NCBI RefSeq assembly: GCF_006345805.1
Contig: NC_043008.1
Location: 49,600,001 to 49,664,000 of the forward strand
From: Octopus sinensis
Taxonomy: Eukaryota
Reading direction: 5' to 3'
Length of the DNA: 64,000 nucleotides
In this document: in pieces, positions 36,247 through 49,881 of the stretch
Layout of the letters: each line of letters starts with the position of its first letter
Numbering within the stretch: the stretch's first letter is position 1
Translations under genes and position numbers: made by a program
Notes under the pieces: model-generated
Told to the model about the DNA's origin: nothing
Databases searched by the model: none
What the model saw: the letters and a program-made list of their open reading frames with translations, nothing else

Positions 36247-36540
36247 TCATCATCATCGTTTAGCGTCCGTTTTCCATGCCAGCATGGGTTCGATGGTTCG
36301 ACCGGGATCTGGGAAGCCAGGCTCCAGTCTGATCTGGCAGTGTTTCTACAGCTGGATGCCCTTCCTAACGCCAACCACTCCATGAGTGTAGTGGGTGCTT
36401 TTTACGTGCCAGGAGAGGTTGGCAACGGCCATGATCGGTTGGTGGTTTTTACGTGCCACCGACACAGAAGCCAGTCAAGGTGGCACTGGCATCGATCACA
36501 TACGGATGGTGCTTTTTATGTGCCACCGGCACAGGTGTAG
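36247..36540 (-). mobile_element. RTE-tail-like repeat ending in (GAT)n (other copies ~50665-50960(-), 61975-62305(+))
   Basis: CATCATCATCGTTTA.CGTCCGTTTTCCATG...CTACAGCTGGATGCCCTTCCTAACGCCAAC shared between copies. Confidence 0.55.
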
Positions 36541-36699
36541 AAAATACTTTTCCTGTTGCCTACACCTCTCTCTCTCTCTCTCTCCTGGATATTGCCAACA
36601 AGGACTTCCAGTTGCTCTCAACCAAGTCTCTCTCTCTCTTCCTTTCAAATGCATTGACTTTCCCTACAAGTCTCTCAAACTCTTTAAACCACCAATTGT

Positions 36700-37760
36700 C
36701 TGCTTTGTCATTGTCTTCCTCAACATCATGAACAATAAAATCTCGATGCTCCAAGTCTTCACATACAAATGGCTTGTTCATTGCTATGTTGCAAGTGTTC
36801 AGGCCTACAAGATATTCGGCCATCACCCAAATCTGGGTGATTCTTGCAAGACTACTGAGTCATGTAAGGTGCCTCTGAGCACTGCAGAATAGTCAGCCTT
36901 TCTTACTTCCCAAACTACAACTGATCCTTCTGGGGCCTTACCAAAATGATCTCCAGCCTTATAGCTCTTCTTTTTCTCCACTGCTTATTCTTCAACCAAT
37001 TATTGCACACTGTGCACATTTGATAAGTCTCCAGATATATATATCACACCCACTCCTTATTAGACTTTCCCAATTTGCATATGGAAACACTCCACATATT
37101 CTATCCCCAAGAGGGGCAACCCTTCTGACCCTGCCACACATATACTTCTAATATCTCGAGGGTTATAAAGACAGTCACAAACAGCAACCTTCCCAAATAC
37201 TTTCTCTCTCTCTGCACTTAATGACCACCAATACATCTTCCATAAAGCTAAATCCACTGGTGACCTATTTTATGTTCCTCATCAGTAGACTTTCACCTCA
37301 GAGGAATCTAATGAAAGCAAGGTTGCTTTCATTGGAGTTCTCAATAAAGCCTTTCACTGTGTCTGCTGAAATAGCCAGCCTATGGGTCCAACCATCTCGT
37401 GTCTCTTGGATTGGTAGCTTCCTATTAGATCCCTATTTTTTATGGTATGTGTTGATGGTGCTCTTTCTGTCCTTCACTTTTGGTATACCCAATAGTTTGA
37501 TAATGTCTCCCTAATTTGTTCCTTCCATACTGCAATGACCTATTTGCTGTCACATTCGACAAAAATGACCCCCCCCCCACCTTCATTCTTCTCAAACCTT
37601 TTCTGACCCAGTGAAATCCACCCACAGTCTAAGACACCACTTACTGAACCAGCACTGACCCCATGAACAGAGATCTTGAACACCTCCTCCAAGGGAGAGA
37701 TGCTAATTTCGTTTCTTGTGACAACAAAAAAGCACAAGCATATATCCAACCTCACCCCAC
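36700..37760 (-). pseudogene. Degraded LINE APE-endonuclease region
   Basis: Broken minus frames WISLGQKRFEKNEGGGGVIFV and VAVCDCLYNP resemble APE motifs; many stops. Confidence 0.4.
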
Positions 37761-37988
37761 TTAAATATGAATGGCATTTAAATAAAGCGCTTATGATTGT
37801 GTCAAATGTTAGGCCTAACTTGCACTGAAGATCTCTCCTGACAAAAAGCAGTCCTAGGTATCTTCTCTCTCCAGGTCTGAAAATATTTCAACTCCCAAAT
37901 AATTATTGGCACTCTTATAAAACTCAGATGCAGTCCACTCTAGAGCACCAGGGACAATGCTGTTGCTGCTAATGGAGATATCTAGGAC

Positions 37989-38311
37989 CAGGCCTGGCTA
38001 ACTCGAATTATATTGTGGGCCACTTTAATCACAGAAAGTTTTTTTGAGGGCTGCCCGTATACTGACAGAATTGAAAGCATTTTGCTTTCTCATGCTATTA
38101 TTACAATAATGAATGAATTATTGTTGATTCAACAGGAAATATTATCGTTGCAAAAGCAGTATCTTTTTTTACTTTTCATTAAAATCTTTATTTTTGATAA
38201 AATTTTTTAAATGTTTGTTTAAATAAAGCTATTTCAAGAAAGTATGAAGTGGGCCACAAGATAAGTCTTGCAGGCTGCACGTGGCCTGTGGGCTTCAGGT
38301 TGGCAGCACTG
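37989..38311. mobile_element. hAT (Charlie-like) MITE
   Basis: CAGGCCTGGCTAAC ... GTTGGCAGCACTG ends; 8-bp flanks TCTAGGAC / TCCTAGAC. Confidence 0.6.
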
Positions 38312-39579
38312 TCCTAGACCATGTTCCAACAAAGGCTGCTCACATGATTGGAATATAGTCCCTCATGGACATTCTCCAGTGCCTGTTTCATTGATATAGG
38401 GTCCCTTTCCTACCACTGCTATAAATGGTTTCTGTTCCTCAAAGCTAGCTGGGCTCATGTCACTTCTCCTCAGAAACACCAATGTTTTTAGTTGCAGGAC
38501 AGTAGATCCATTTTGAAACTAGGACACATAACTTTTCAATTCCTATCGTGTTTGTTACGGTTATTTGACCTTAGATTCACCCTTTCTCTCCAACCTCCTG
38601 ATCAATGACATACCAACCATAGCCACCTTGTCATATATCTAAAAGTACATTATCTACACACATCAATATCACCATCATCATCATAAACTTAATATTTAAC
38701 TTTCCTGCAAATATGGGGTGGATAAGAATTGACGAGTTGGAGGCCTGCCTCACGCTACAATTGTCTACTTCAGCCCGGTTTCTATGGCTGGATGCCCTAT
38801 TTAATGCCAACCACTTTAAAGCGTATTTGGTACCTGTATATATCTCCAGGTGAGTGACCTGGTGGTTGAAGTGTTGTACTCATGATTGCTAGCCCATTAG
38901 TTTGATTCCCAGGCTGGACAGCTCATTGTTTTCTTGAGCAAAATACTTCATTTACCATTGCTCTGCAGGTTGGAGTGTGGCAGAATCGCTGGCTTTGAAA
39001 GCGGAGAGCTGGCAGAATCGTTAGTACGCCGGGTGAAATACTTAGCGGTATTTCGTCTGCCGTTATGTTCTGAGTTCAAATTCCGCCGAGGTTGACTTTG
39101 CCTTTCATCCTTTCAGGGTCGATAAATTAAGTACCAGTTACACACTGGGGTCGATGTAATCAACTTAATCCCTCTATCTGTCCTTGTTTGTCCCCTCTAC
39201 GTTTAGCCCGTTGTGGGCAACAAAGAAGTAAGAATCACTGGCTTGTCGGCAGGAATGCTTTATTAAGGTATATTTTCCAGATTGTTGCATTTGAGTTCAA
39301 ATCCCACTTGCCTGGAGAAGTCTAGTCATGGTAGCTGCAGTTCCAGTAATCTTAGCGGCAGAGAGTGCTGGATGAGGTTCATGTGCACAGGATCCTCTCA
39401 ATGACAGACTACTGCTAGACTTTATATATACTAGGACTGGTAAGCCAGAGAGCTGTGCCAGGTTCCAGTCTGATTTGGCTTGCTTTGAAAAACGGATGCC
39501 TCTCCTGACACTGCCCAGGACTATGACTTCACTTGGCTTTACATGTTTTCTCAAGCACGGCAAATTGCCAAATGTCTCA

Positions 39580-39616
<37 letters not shown>

Positions 39617-41612
39617 GTATATGTGTGTGTGTGTGTGTGTGCACGCACGCACGCACGCACAGTCTGACCAAAGCAAAAAAAAGAAGTTAAATGTATATAC
39701 TCCTGCATAGTAGTGGCAGGTATCTCTGTCACTACTTCCCTGTTGTATCAAAGTATCTCCATACACTAATGTCCTGATTTTGGCATGCATTATGAACTAA
39801 TTGACAAATAAAATAGAACCTGTTTCTTTTTATTAGTTGACATGACTAATTATTTCTTGGTTATTTGTTCAAACCCAAACTGCAGGATCTTGGCCCTTTC
39901 GTATTACCAAGACACTGTCAGGGTTTTTAATTCTTAAAGGTACCATGATGGAGACAAAGTGAGAAGACGGGTTTTTCATATGTTCAGTTTATCTACCAGG
40001 TTTAATCCAACAACTTTTAATAATTGCCTTTTGAGATATTACTGATGGTCATGACGAATCTGAGGCCAACAGAAAATTGAAATCTTTTAAACTCAAATGG
40101 CAAATAAACTTCAGAAGTTTCCTCTGGATTACCCTGAAACGACTGACATCCTGGACAATGAGGCATCTTATTTTTAGTGGTGACTTTTGTGCCATTCCAA
40201 AATTTGCAATGGAAATTTGGCTGCTATTTCAGCTGGATCTAGCTATCATGATATGTCTCCCATGTACATAAGACATAAGCATGATGGGCCACGATTGTGG
40301 TCATCAGGCACAGGTCAACAGGCCACGATCATGGCCCAGATAGATGCATTTAATTTATGGGTGTTTGTTGGGGTCTAATGTCACTCAAATGCTCTGATAC
40401 CCTCCAGAATGTAAAAGGACTAATAGTTCAACTAATGACTTTTCAGATGTAAAACTTGCTACCATTATATACAAAGAAGATATTTTAACTATTTTTTGCC
40501 TTTTATGTGTGCATGGAAGTCTCATTTTCATAAAATGTGCTCAGCAGTCCATGCTATGCAAGTGCAAATCCCAGTACTTTATGGGTTATAAGAGATTTGG
40601 TTGCTATTTATTGCAGATCGAAATGTCCTGCAGATGCTCCCACATTTGTCTGCACAAACATGTACATATAGAAGGCAGTAAAGTATCATAAAGCTATTAT
40701 TTCTCTCGAGTCATGAATAAAGTAGTGGATGATTTGAAGTATGGTTTCTAACACTTGTAGCAAAAGATGTTGAGGCAGCAGATGAGATAGGCATGTGGAG
40801 GAGGTCAAAGTGAAACGATGGGAAAACATTGGAATGTAGTTTAAATAATTTATTTAAATGACACTTGCATTTACTTGTTGTATACACCAAATATTTCACT
40901 ACATCACATTACCAACTTGCTTCGAGCTGGTCAAGAAATTAACAAGGTAAATACTGTGTCGATATGATAGGGTAGAACTGGACATGTTTTGTGTTTGTGT
41001 GTGCATTGGTCATTTGATGGTGTCTGTTTACACTCTGTGGGTTATTCGGTGATGTCTGTTTATGTTCTGCGAGTGCTACTGTCGTTCATGTTGAATATCT
41101 GGCTCTGTATTGCCTGCTTAACTGACGAAGTTACTTGTTGGCTGCCTCGTGGCTATCTCTCGCTCTGTCCCTTGATGGATTGCTGTATTTATAATGGTCT
41201 TGACAGATAGAAGGGCAAACATACTTGTCTCCTGTCCACTTGAACCTTAAATGACATGGCTGAGGTCGAAGGGAAACAATCCATCAGTTTTTGACGGGAC
41301 AAAGAAATTTCTTTCGTGCCTGTTTGGCCAGTGACGGACCAGATGAGTGAGAATCCTTAGATTTGGTTTCAAATCTCAGCTCGGAAAAAGGAAGTATTAG
41401 TTTTTACACATTCCTCACTACTATTTAGCAACCCTCTTGTTAGCTCAAACATACATGTATGCATGAAACAGTAAGGTGTGGTCTGAGGGAGATGTGGCTG
41501 CTACCATGTCGAGATAACTTGTAAAGGCTCTCAGATTGACCTCTACAAACATTAGCCATTGAACAAGAATCTTCTATAGCTGACCAAGCATTGGGTGGAT
41601 TTGGTAGACGGA

Positions 41613-41623
41613 ACACACACACA

Positions 41624-41654
<31 letters not shown>

Positions 41655-41678
41655 CCACACACACACACACACACACCA

Positions 41679-41714
<36 letters not shown>

Positions 41715-41919
41715 CACACACACACACACACACACACACACCACCACACACACACACACACACACACCACACACACCACACCACACACACACACCACAAC
41801 ACACACACACCACACACACACCACACACACACACAACACACACACAACACACACACACACACACCACACACACACACAACACACACCACACACACAACAC
41901 ACACACCACACCACACACA

Positions 41920-41958
<39 letters not shown>

Positions 41959-41977
41959 ACACACACACCACAACACA

Positions 41978-42020
<43 letters not shown>

Positions 42021-42094
42021 TACACACATACATACATACATACTACATACATACATACACACACATACATACATACACACACATACATACATAC

Positions 42095-42192
<98 letters not shown>
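41613..42192. repeat. ~580-bp compound (CA)n/(CATA)n/(CATATA)n/(TA)n array expanded inside a SINE
   Basis: Flanked by the two halves of the third SINE family (GGATTTGGTAGACGGAA before, GGTGTGTTTACGTCCCCGTAAC after). Confidence 0.85.
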
Positions 42193-44950
42193 ATGTGTGT
42201 GTGTTGGTGTGTTTACGTCCCCGTAACTTAGTGGTTAGGCAAAATCGATAGAATTCATTCCCACTGCATGGCACCTTGGGCAAGTGTCTTCTACTGTAGC
42301 CTCGGACCAACCAAAGCCTTGTGAGTGAATTTGGTAGACGGAAACTGAAAAGAAGCCCGTCGTATATATGTGCGTGTGTGTACATACATACAAACATAGT
42401 TTGTGTGTCTGTGTTTGTACCCCCCCCCCCCACATCGCTTGACAACCAATGCTGGTGTTTACGTCACCGTAACTAGCGGTTCGGCAAAAATGACCGATAG
42501 AATAAGTACTAGGCTTACAAATAATGTCCTGGGGTCGATTTGCTCGACTAAAGGCGATGCTCCAGCATGGCCGCAGTCTTTTGACAAACAAAAAGATACT
42601 ATTTTAATAAAAGTAGCCATAGAAATGTAAATACATATCTCATTATCTACCTTAACTGTATGTGTGGCTCTCTTTCTCTAGAGAATGGAGGAAGGGAAAT
42701 AATTGTAAGAATTTTTTTAAAATAAGTATTCGAAAATATACAGTTATATTTAAGAATAATGCTGCTTTGTATATCAGAATGTTTTATATAGACATTCCCA
42801 CCAAAAAATGACGAATAATGTTCTGTCTGTTTTGTAGACGTTCGTATTGTAGTTTATGCAGATAAATTCACTTTTATGTATTGTTAGTGTAAATTACAGC
42901 AGAATTCCATTCCAATACACTGGGTTTCTTGTTAGGAACATGTTTGCCAACATTCTTCAGTCGGCGGGGAATTTGATTGCACATGAAAAATATGGCTGTT
43001 AGCTAAGATGGCCGCCAGAATCAGCGCGCGTGCACCCATATACAGAAACGCATACAACTATATTCGTAACCTTATTGAAGTTTGATGAGTGAAGCTGAAT
43101 ATTCTCAACTGATAAGAAAGCGAATCCCACCGCACAATATTTACACATGCAAGTCAACTGTTCATATGTAGATAAGTTGTTCAACTCTGTGTCGCTCTTG
43201 ACATGTCTACCTCGACATTCTGATGGAAACAAAATACACTGTGCGGTACTCAGTGGACCCGCGCTAGTTATTAAGAGAGTGGAAATAAAACAATGAGTAC
43301 CCTGTGCTCCTCATTTTCCCATAAGATAGGTTTGGATTTGAGGGAGAATTAGGTTCCGTTTTCTTGCAAACAGACCTAGGAACTTAGCACCCCATTTTCT
43401 GACATGAACAGTTTATCGCTAGGCAGCAGGATGTGTTAAGGACTTGGCGATTTCATTCTCATTGGGCAATTGTGTTGTGACTCTTGTGTTGGCCAATATA
43501 ACTGTCGTTGGTGGAAGTGGTGGTGTCGTAGCCTGTATCTCTTCTGTCTAATTTAGCTGAGCAGATCAGCTGAAACCGACAAACAGAAAGATATAAACAA
43601 TTGGATGATTAAAAAAAAAAAAAAATCAAACTGGAAACTTGGCTAACATAGTTTACAGTGTAGAAAGAGAAACCTATTATTATTGTTATACGAGAATAGT
43701 TTGGAGCAGACAGTCAGGTAGATGTTCTTTTTTTAACCTGCTCTCAACAGCTGTGCGAATATTGAAACGTCTCCAAAGAAAATCTGCACTTTGTTGTCTT
43801 ATCGATCTACGATGGTAACTTAGATTCTCAAGGTGTTATAATAAAACTAATGACTGAGATTGACACCTGAATACAGATTTTAGCGCCAAATCAAATATGT
43901 CCTTTCAATATAATAAGCTTATTGTATACTGTGTTCAGGAATACAACTCGTTGGAAAGAGTAAAAAGGAGGTAGAAAGCAGCAATGAGAACCAAAGGTAC
44001 ATGCGCAGTACATAGGATAAAAAACACACAAGAAAGGCAGAAAAGTGAACAGTAAACTAGTATAAAGAGGGAATGGGTCTTCATAAAAATGCTAAGAATA
44101 GTGTTGATGATTTTCTAGAAATATAGAATTTTTGGAGGATGCAGTGTTCTGAACCGTAACTACTGACGTGTGTAGTTTACTCGAAGCTTATACGATTCTG
44201 TGGGGTGTGGAGAAAGTTTAGCCTCAGATCAGCTTTAGTCAAGCAAGCAAGCAAGCAAGCTAATGACCAGAAATGTCAGTCACTAACATAGCTAAAGGAG
44301 TTCCGTCTCGGGTGACATTTTTGGATCGGCGCTTTTGCATTTTTCTTAAAGTGAGGCGGCAACGGTCGAGAGCCGGACCACTCTCGGTGGCGCTAGCTTC
44401 AGCCACACTGCTGAATCCTGTCTTTTTCTACGATTTGATTAGGACGAACAATCATATCGACTCTCTCGTTAGCTCAATTTCCACAATGATTAGTTATTAT
44501 AGTGGTTGATGGTGTTGATAAATTTCCTTTTATACCATTTGGCCATTCCTGTGGAACCGGAAATTAATAATCTTGCGCACCAAAAGCCGTAATTTTTTTT
44601 TTCTTTCGGATGTGTGTTTCACGAATCGTGGACCACGCTTGTAGGGCGATAGAAGAATAAAAACAGATCGGGAATTTTTGCCTCCTCCTTCCTTGTAATT
44701 TTTCGATTTGGATATTTTCCCCCTCGAATTTTATTAGGCATATTTTTGAAGAATCATTATCTGAAACGTTTAAAACAAAATCTGTATAAAATTTAAATTT
44801 TCAAAAGTCAATTGAAATATTACAAAGGGGAAGAGGGAGAGAGTTCCCTTTATAAAAAAAAAATATATATTTGCAGAATCGTTGTCTACTACGCTTGAAA
44901 CAAATATATTCCAACACACTCAAACACACACACGTGTGTGTGTGTAAAGC

Positions 44951-45148
44951 GGATGCTGAGAAGTTCCTGGCTTTAAGGGTGTCGCGAAAGGACTGGCCCC
45001 CAACCTTGAGTCCTTTTACAGGGCTTAGAAAAACTGAAGGACCGCTTCAATAAGTGTGAATTTGAGAAGGGGTTATGTTGAATAAAATCATAATTAACTG
45101 ATCCTCCTGAATATTCTTTTACTCAAAGCCAAGAACTTTTCAGCACCC
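44951..45148 (+). mobile_element. Complete ~200-bp mariner-derived MITE
   Basis: TIRs GGATGCTGAGAAGTTCCTGGCTTT / AAAGCCAAGAACTTTTCAGCACCC; internal GLEKLKDRFNKC remnant. Confidence 0.7.
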
Positions 45149-48100
45149 ACCCATGTGCGTATAATTTATGAGAAAGAGAGATTTTTGGTGCTTAAGAATT
45201 TCCGATTCTATAGGAATGTTGCTGTTTGAAACTGGTTTATTTGAAGAATTTTCACACCAGATTTTGGCTAGGTGACAATCCATCAGGTGGGATATCTTGA
45301 TCTTCAGGTGGTAACATCTGGGTGATAATTGTTCAGGTGGCAGCCAGGATAAGGACGGAACACTTATCACTATTCCAGTAGCACTGTCATCGTTACCACT
45401 TACCATTCAAAGGAATCTCTATGCTTCAATAGCATCACGCTCACAGATAAAAATTTTGCAATACCATCTTTATAATTACATAGTTTCCATTAATTTTGGA
45501 ATCGTTAGCATGTCAGACTCTCCTTGCATTCGGAGTTCAAATTCCACCGAGGTCGACCTTACCTTTTTTATCCTTTCGGGGTCGATGAAAATAGATACCA
45601 GTTGAGCACTTAGGTCGATGTAATCGACTAAACCTCCTCCGTGTAAAAGTGCAGGCTTTGTGCCTAAAGTAGAAATGACTATTAACAGATTACGTAATAA
45701 AGATGTCTAGCACAAAGGAGTAAATTTTTAGCCATATAAATTATATTCACTATTGGTTGGGTGGCGATTGTTTGGATGGAACAGGCCGGGTGGTGGTGGT
45801 TGTGACGATTTTTTTTTGTTTTTTTGTATTTGAGGTGATCCGAAACCTTGGCTAACTTTTTTTCTTTTTTTTTTATTAAGGGTGGAGGATCTCACCACTA
45901 AAAATTTCGTACATTGGAGGGTTAAACTCCCAACGAACAATCTGTAAACCTGTAACAGGTTGGCATAAACATCAGATTCCCATTTAATATTTACTACATA
46001 TTTAGTGGATTCGTGTTTTAGATAAATGTTGGTGTTGATGTGATCGGCAGGCTGGAGGTTATTGCTCTATTGTACTAACAACATAGACACTTTTTTAAAA
46101 AGTGATAACCTTCGAATGACCTTCACCTTGGTGCTACTTTCACTTATCAAAAATGTAGTTTAATGGACTATTTCAGCGAATCTGAGGTCGTTTGAGAAAG
46201 GATTGCAGATGGTGGGAGGAGCTATGCATAAATTATAAAGATGATAGATGAGAAGTGGTTCTGTTACGTATTCGATTTGTTATTGCATTAAGCAGCTCCC
46301 ATTACATCACTACCAGTAATAATAATAATCGTTTCTACGACAGGCACGAGTCCTGAAATTTAGAGGAAGCAGATAGTCAATTACATCGACCCCGAAAGGA
46401 TGAAAGGCAAAGTCGACCTCGGCGGAATTTGAACTCAGAACGTAGCGACGAGTGAAATACCGCTAAACCACTTAGCCCGGCATGCTTAACGATTCTGCCA
46501 GCTCACCTAATAATTTCTTAAATAAGATCCCATATTTCCAAAGGAAAGAGGAATAAAAAATATTGCAGCATTTATAGTATAACTCGTGAAAATTAGCTCC
46601 ACAAATGAAATAATTTCAAACTGGAATGGAACCCGAGTTGCATGTTCCGTTCGCCGAGTGATTTTGGTTTCCGTTAAGGGTGCAAAAGTTTTCATATTTT
46701 ATATGAAAGGTGAAACGGTGGTAATTATACACTCAGTGGTTGCAGTAAGGAATAAAGCGATGGATTGGCAAAATATCTTGGATGTGTGATAAAATGCGTG
46801 GTACTGTTTACAGTTCCGAGTTCGAATCTGACGGAGGTCAATTTTGCTTTTTTATCCTTTCGTGAGCAATGAAATAAAATATTGTACCAGTGAAATTTTG
46901 TGTCGGGTTAATATTTCTATAAACTCTCTTGGAGGTGAATAGTCTTATAATAGAAGAAATTGTGTTAAAGATTTAGCTTCGCGGAGGAAAGAACCTTGGG
47001 AAAGTTATTTTCATTTCCCAGATCGTCCCCGAGGAAATTCAAGAACCTTCTTATTCTTGTTTCCTTTACTTATCACTCAGACTTCATTTCTGTAAAAGAA
47101 AGTACTTTTATACCACCGAGGGCCAAGTGTATAACTATTACTCTAAGTCTCTGGGAGATAAATTTTTTGACATGTAGAAAACTGATTTAAATCAACTACA
47201 CTGAATTTTTTTGTTTTATAATAAAAATAATACAGAATTTTTGTTCGTCTTTTTTCTCTCCTAAACTTTGAAGTTTTCAGTTTCTTCTACAATAAAATGT
47301 GTTTAAAATCAGCTGCAAACACCAAAGCTACTGCAAGTGGTAGAGTGGCGGTCTTTTTAGCATCATAATTCCTATCGCAAAACTTAAACTAAACTTAAAC
47401 TAAACTTTTTAAAATGGAAAATCCTTGGTAATTTAAGTTTTTATAAATATATTTCCACTGTAGTAAATATATTTTGGGTCTAAACGGTCGACCGATTAAA
47501 CTTTCGTCTGATTAAAACAACTTCAACATATTTGTCTCGAACGCCTGTCTAGTATCGCCAAAATTGCATCCCAAAGACCACATTCCTTCTTCAGCTCTGC
47601 GATCATTTATCGATATACAACACTCAGAACAGAGCCATACTGCTCACACATCTGGGACAGTGCACATACACATCTTCGGTTAGTAGCAGCATCGGTCCTG
47701 TGTTTATGTGAGCAGTATTTTAATATCTCTTTTAGCACACTCAACACCCCTGTCTCGTTATCTCTCAGCTACCAGACAACGTACTAAAATAATTTGGTCA
47801 ATGTTTTCTTTCCTAATTCTTCCCCGTTGGAATTTCATCTCCATTCCGGTTTATTGATGTCGGACTGAAGATCAATCGTATCGATATTACCAATCTAGTT
47901 TGTCACAGAAAGATTGACCACCTCCACCCTATCGTCTCTACCCTTTAGAAATAAAATTCCATGTAATAGTACATATAATACTTGACCTTCTACACCCAAA
48001 GATTTTTTCCCCTCAATATTTACACGCTATTTGTAGCTTTATCCACCGCTAAAAAAAAAAAAACGAATTATCAAAAACTATTACATTCGATGTTTTTCTT

Positions 48101-48581
48101 TTAATTTTGAAAATTCTTTTTGGATCTTTTCATTTTGAAGGCCAGATTTTCAAAATGAAAAGATCCTTCTTTTTAGAATTGAATAAGAGAAAAGACCCCA
48201 GTTTACCAACGTAAAATCATTTCTAATGATGTATGTATAATAATATTAATGATAATAGACCTTACGAGACCTTTGACAACAGGATGCTGTCTGTTCTCGC
48301 AAATTGAGCAAATAAGGTCGAGAGCACCGAGAAATAAAATATTTTCACATGGATTGAAAAAGAAGCTTTTAGGACAATATGGGGACAAAGGACAGTGGAA
48401 TAATTAATGCAGACACTTCTGTTTATCTGATGCTTTAAAAAATCTCGCTGAAGTAGCTTCCATTTGGGGGTGGGTTTCGTTTTTCAAAGTAATGTTTAAT
48501 GGTTTGACAAGCAAGCTGCTAGAGAGACAAGGTGAAGGTCGTTTCAAGGATACAGGTTTATTGAAAGCGGTTCATCTGGTG

Positions 48582-48595
48582 GTAGCTATGGTAAC
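48582..48595. promoter_or_regulatory. RFX X-box-like motif
   Basis: GTAGCTATGGTAAC fits GTHNYY-AT-RRNAAC. Confidence 0.4.
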
Positions 48596-48734
48596 CGACT
48601 ACCTAACTCCTCACCTTTTTATATGCTATCGTCTTTCTTTTGTCTCGTTCATTCAACTCCATTCTTTCTTTCCATCACACTACTCGTTCCCTCATTTTCT
48701 CGATCACGCTACACTATCCTGCTCAATCACTTAT

Positions 48735-49052
48735 TCTCCCTCTTTCTTTCTCTTTCTCTCTTTCTTTCTCTTTCTCTCTTTCTTTCTCTTTCTCTCTTTC
48801 TTTCTCTTTCTCTTTCTTTCTTTCTCTTTCTTTCTCTCTCTCTTTCTTTCTTTCTCTTTCTTTCTCTCTCTCTTTCTTTCTCTCTCTCTTTCTTTCTCTC
48901 TCTCTTTCTTTCTCTCTCTCTTTCTTTCTCTCTCTCTTTCTTTCTCTCTCTCTTTCTTTCTCTCTCTTTCTTTTTTCTTTCTTTCTTTCTTTTTTCTCTC
49001 ACTTTCTTTTTTTCTCTCTCGCGCTTTCTTTCTCTCTTTTTCTCTCTCTCTC
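48735..49052. repeat. ~300-bp almost pure pyrimidine (CT/CTTT) tract
   Basis: Read directly. Confidence 0.9.
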
Positions 49053-49766
49053 CATCGGTTGTCAAGTGGTGTTGGAACACACACACACAATAGTATAAAT
49101 AATATATATACATATATATGTATATATACATGCATATATGGGTACAGGACATAAAAAAAACCCAAGACAAAATGAGAAACGAGAACATAAAAAACAAAAA
49201 CATAAAAAACGACCTTTTTTTTTCGAACACCGAAAAAAACAGAGAAACGCGACATGCAACATAAAGAGCATTCCCTTCATCGGCTGTCCCCTGTTTTATC
49301 TACTCTGCATATATATACACGACAGGCTTCTTTCAGTTTCCATCTACCAAATCCACTCACAAGGCTTTGGTTGGCGCGAGGCTATAGTAGAAGACACTTG
49401 CCCAAGGTGCCACACAGTGGGACTGAACCTGGAACCATGTGGTTCGTAAGCAAGCTACTTACCTCACAGCCACTCCTGTGCCTATATATATGAGAGAGAT
49501 ACAGAGAAAGATTTCTCTATAGAGAGAGAGAGAGAGAACGTGGTCTTACCAAGCTGGAGGGGAATGATTTGCTCCCTTCCTCACAAAATATCGAGCACGG
49601 GTTGCATGTCATTAACCAGCTGGAAAAGACATTTTCCTGAAGTTAAAATGTAACAACATAGTTCCTTATAGAACAGCCATGTTACAGTGGCAAAAAAATA
49701 ATTGTATTTTGCCAGTATATATTTTTAAGTGACAAACTCATCACCATCATAGAATGTGATTTGAGG

Positions 49767-49881
49767 GAGATTTGACTGCTATTTCTAGCATTATGGGCGA
49801 CCATATTGACTTCCCATATTTTTGTTGGTGGCATGATTTTTATGGTGAGGGTGGTAATGCTAGAAATAGCAGTCAAATCTC
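49767..49881. repeat. Perfect 27-bp inverted repeat with 61-bp spacer
   Basis: GAGATTTGACTGCTATTTCTAGCATTA (49767-49793) / TAATGCTAGAAATAGCAGTCAAATCTC (49855-49881). Confidence 0.9.

Noticed and set aside
41613-42020. Irregular (CA)n pattern that might encode a higher-order code
   Set aside because: Interruptions are single-base gains or losses typical of slippage or long-read consensus error; no period found.
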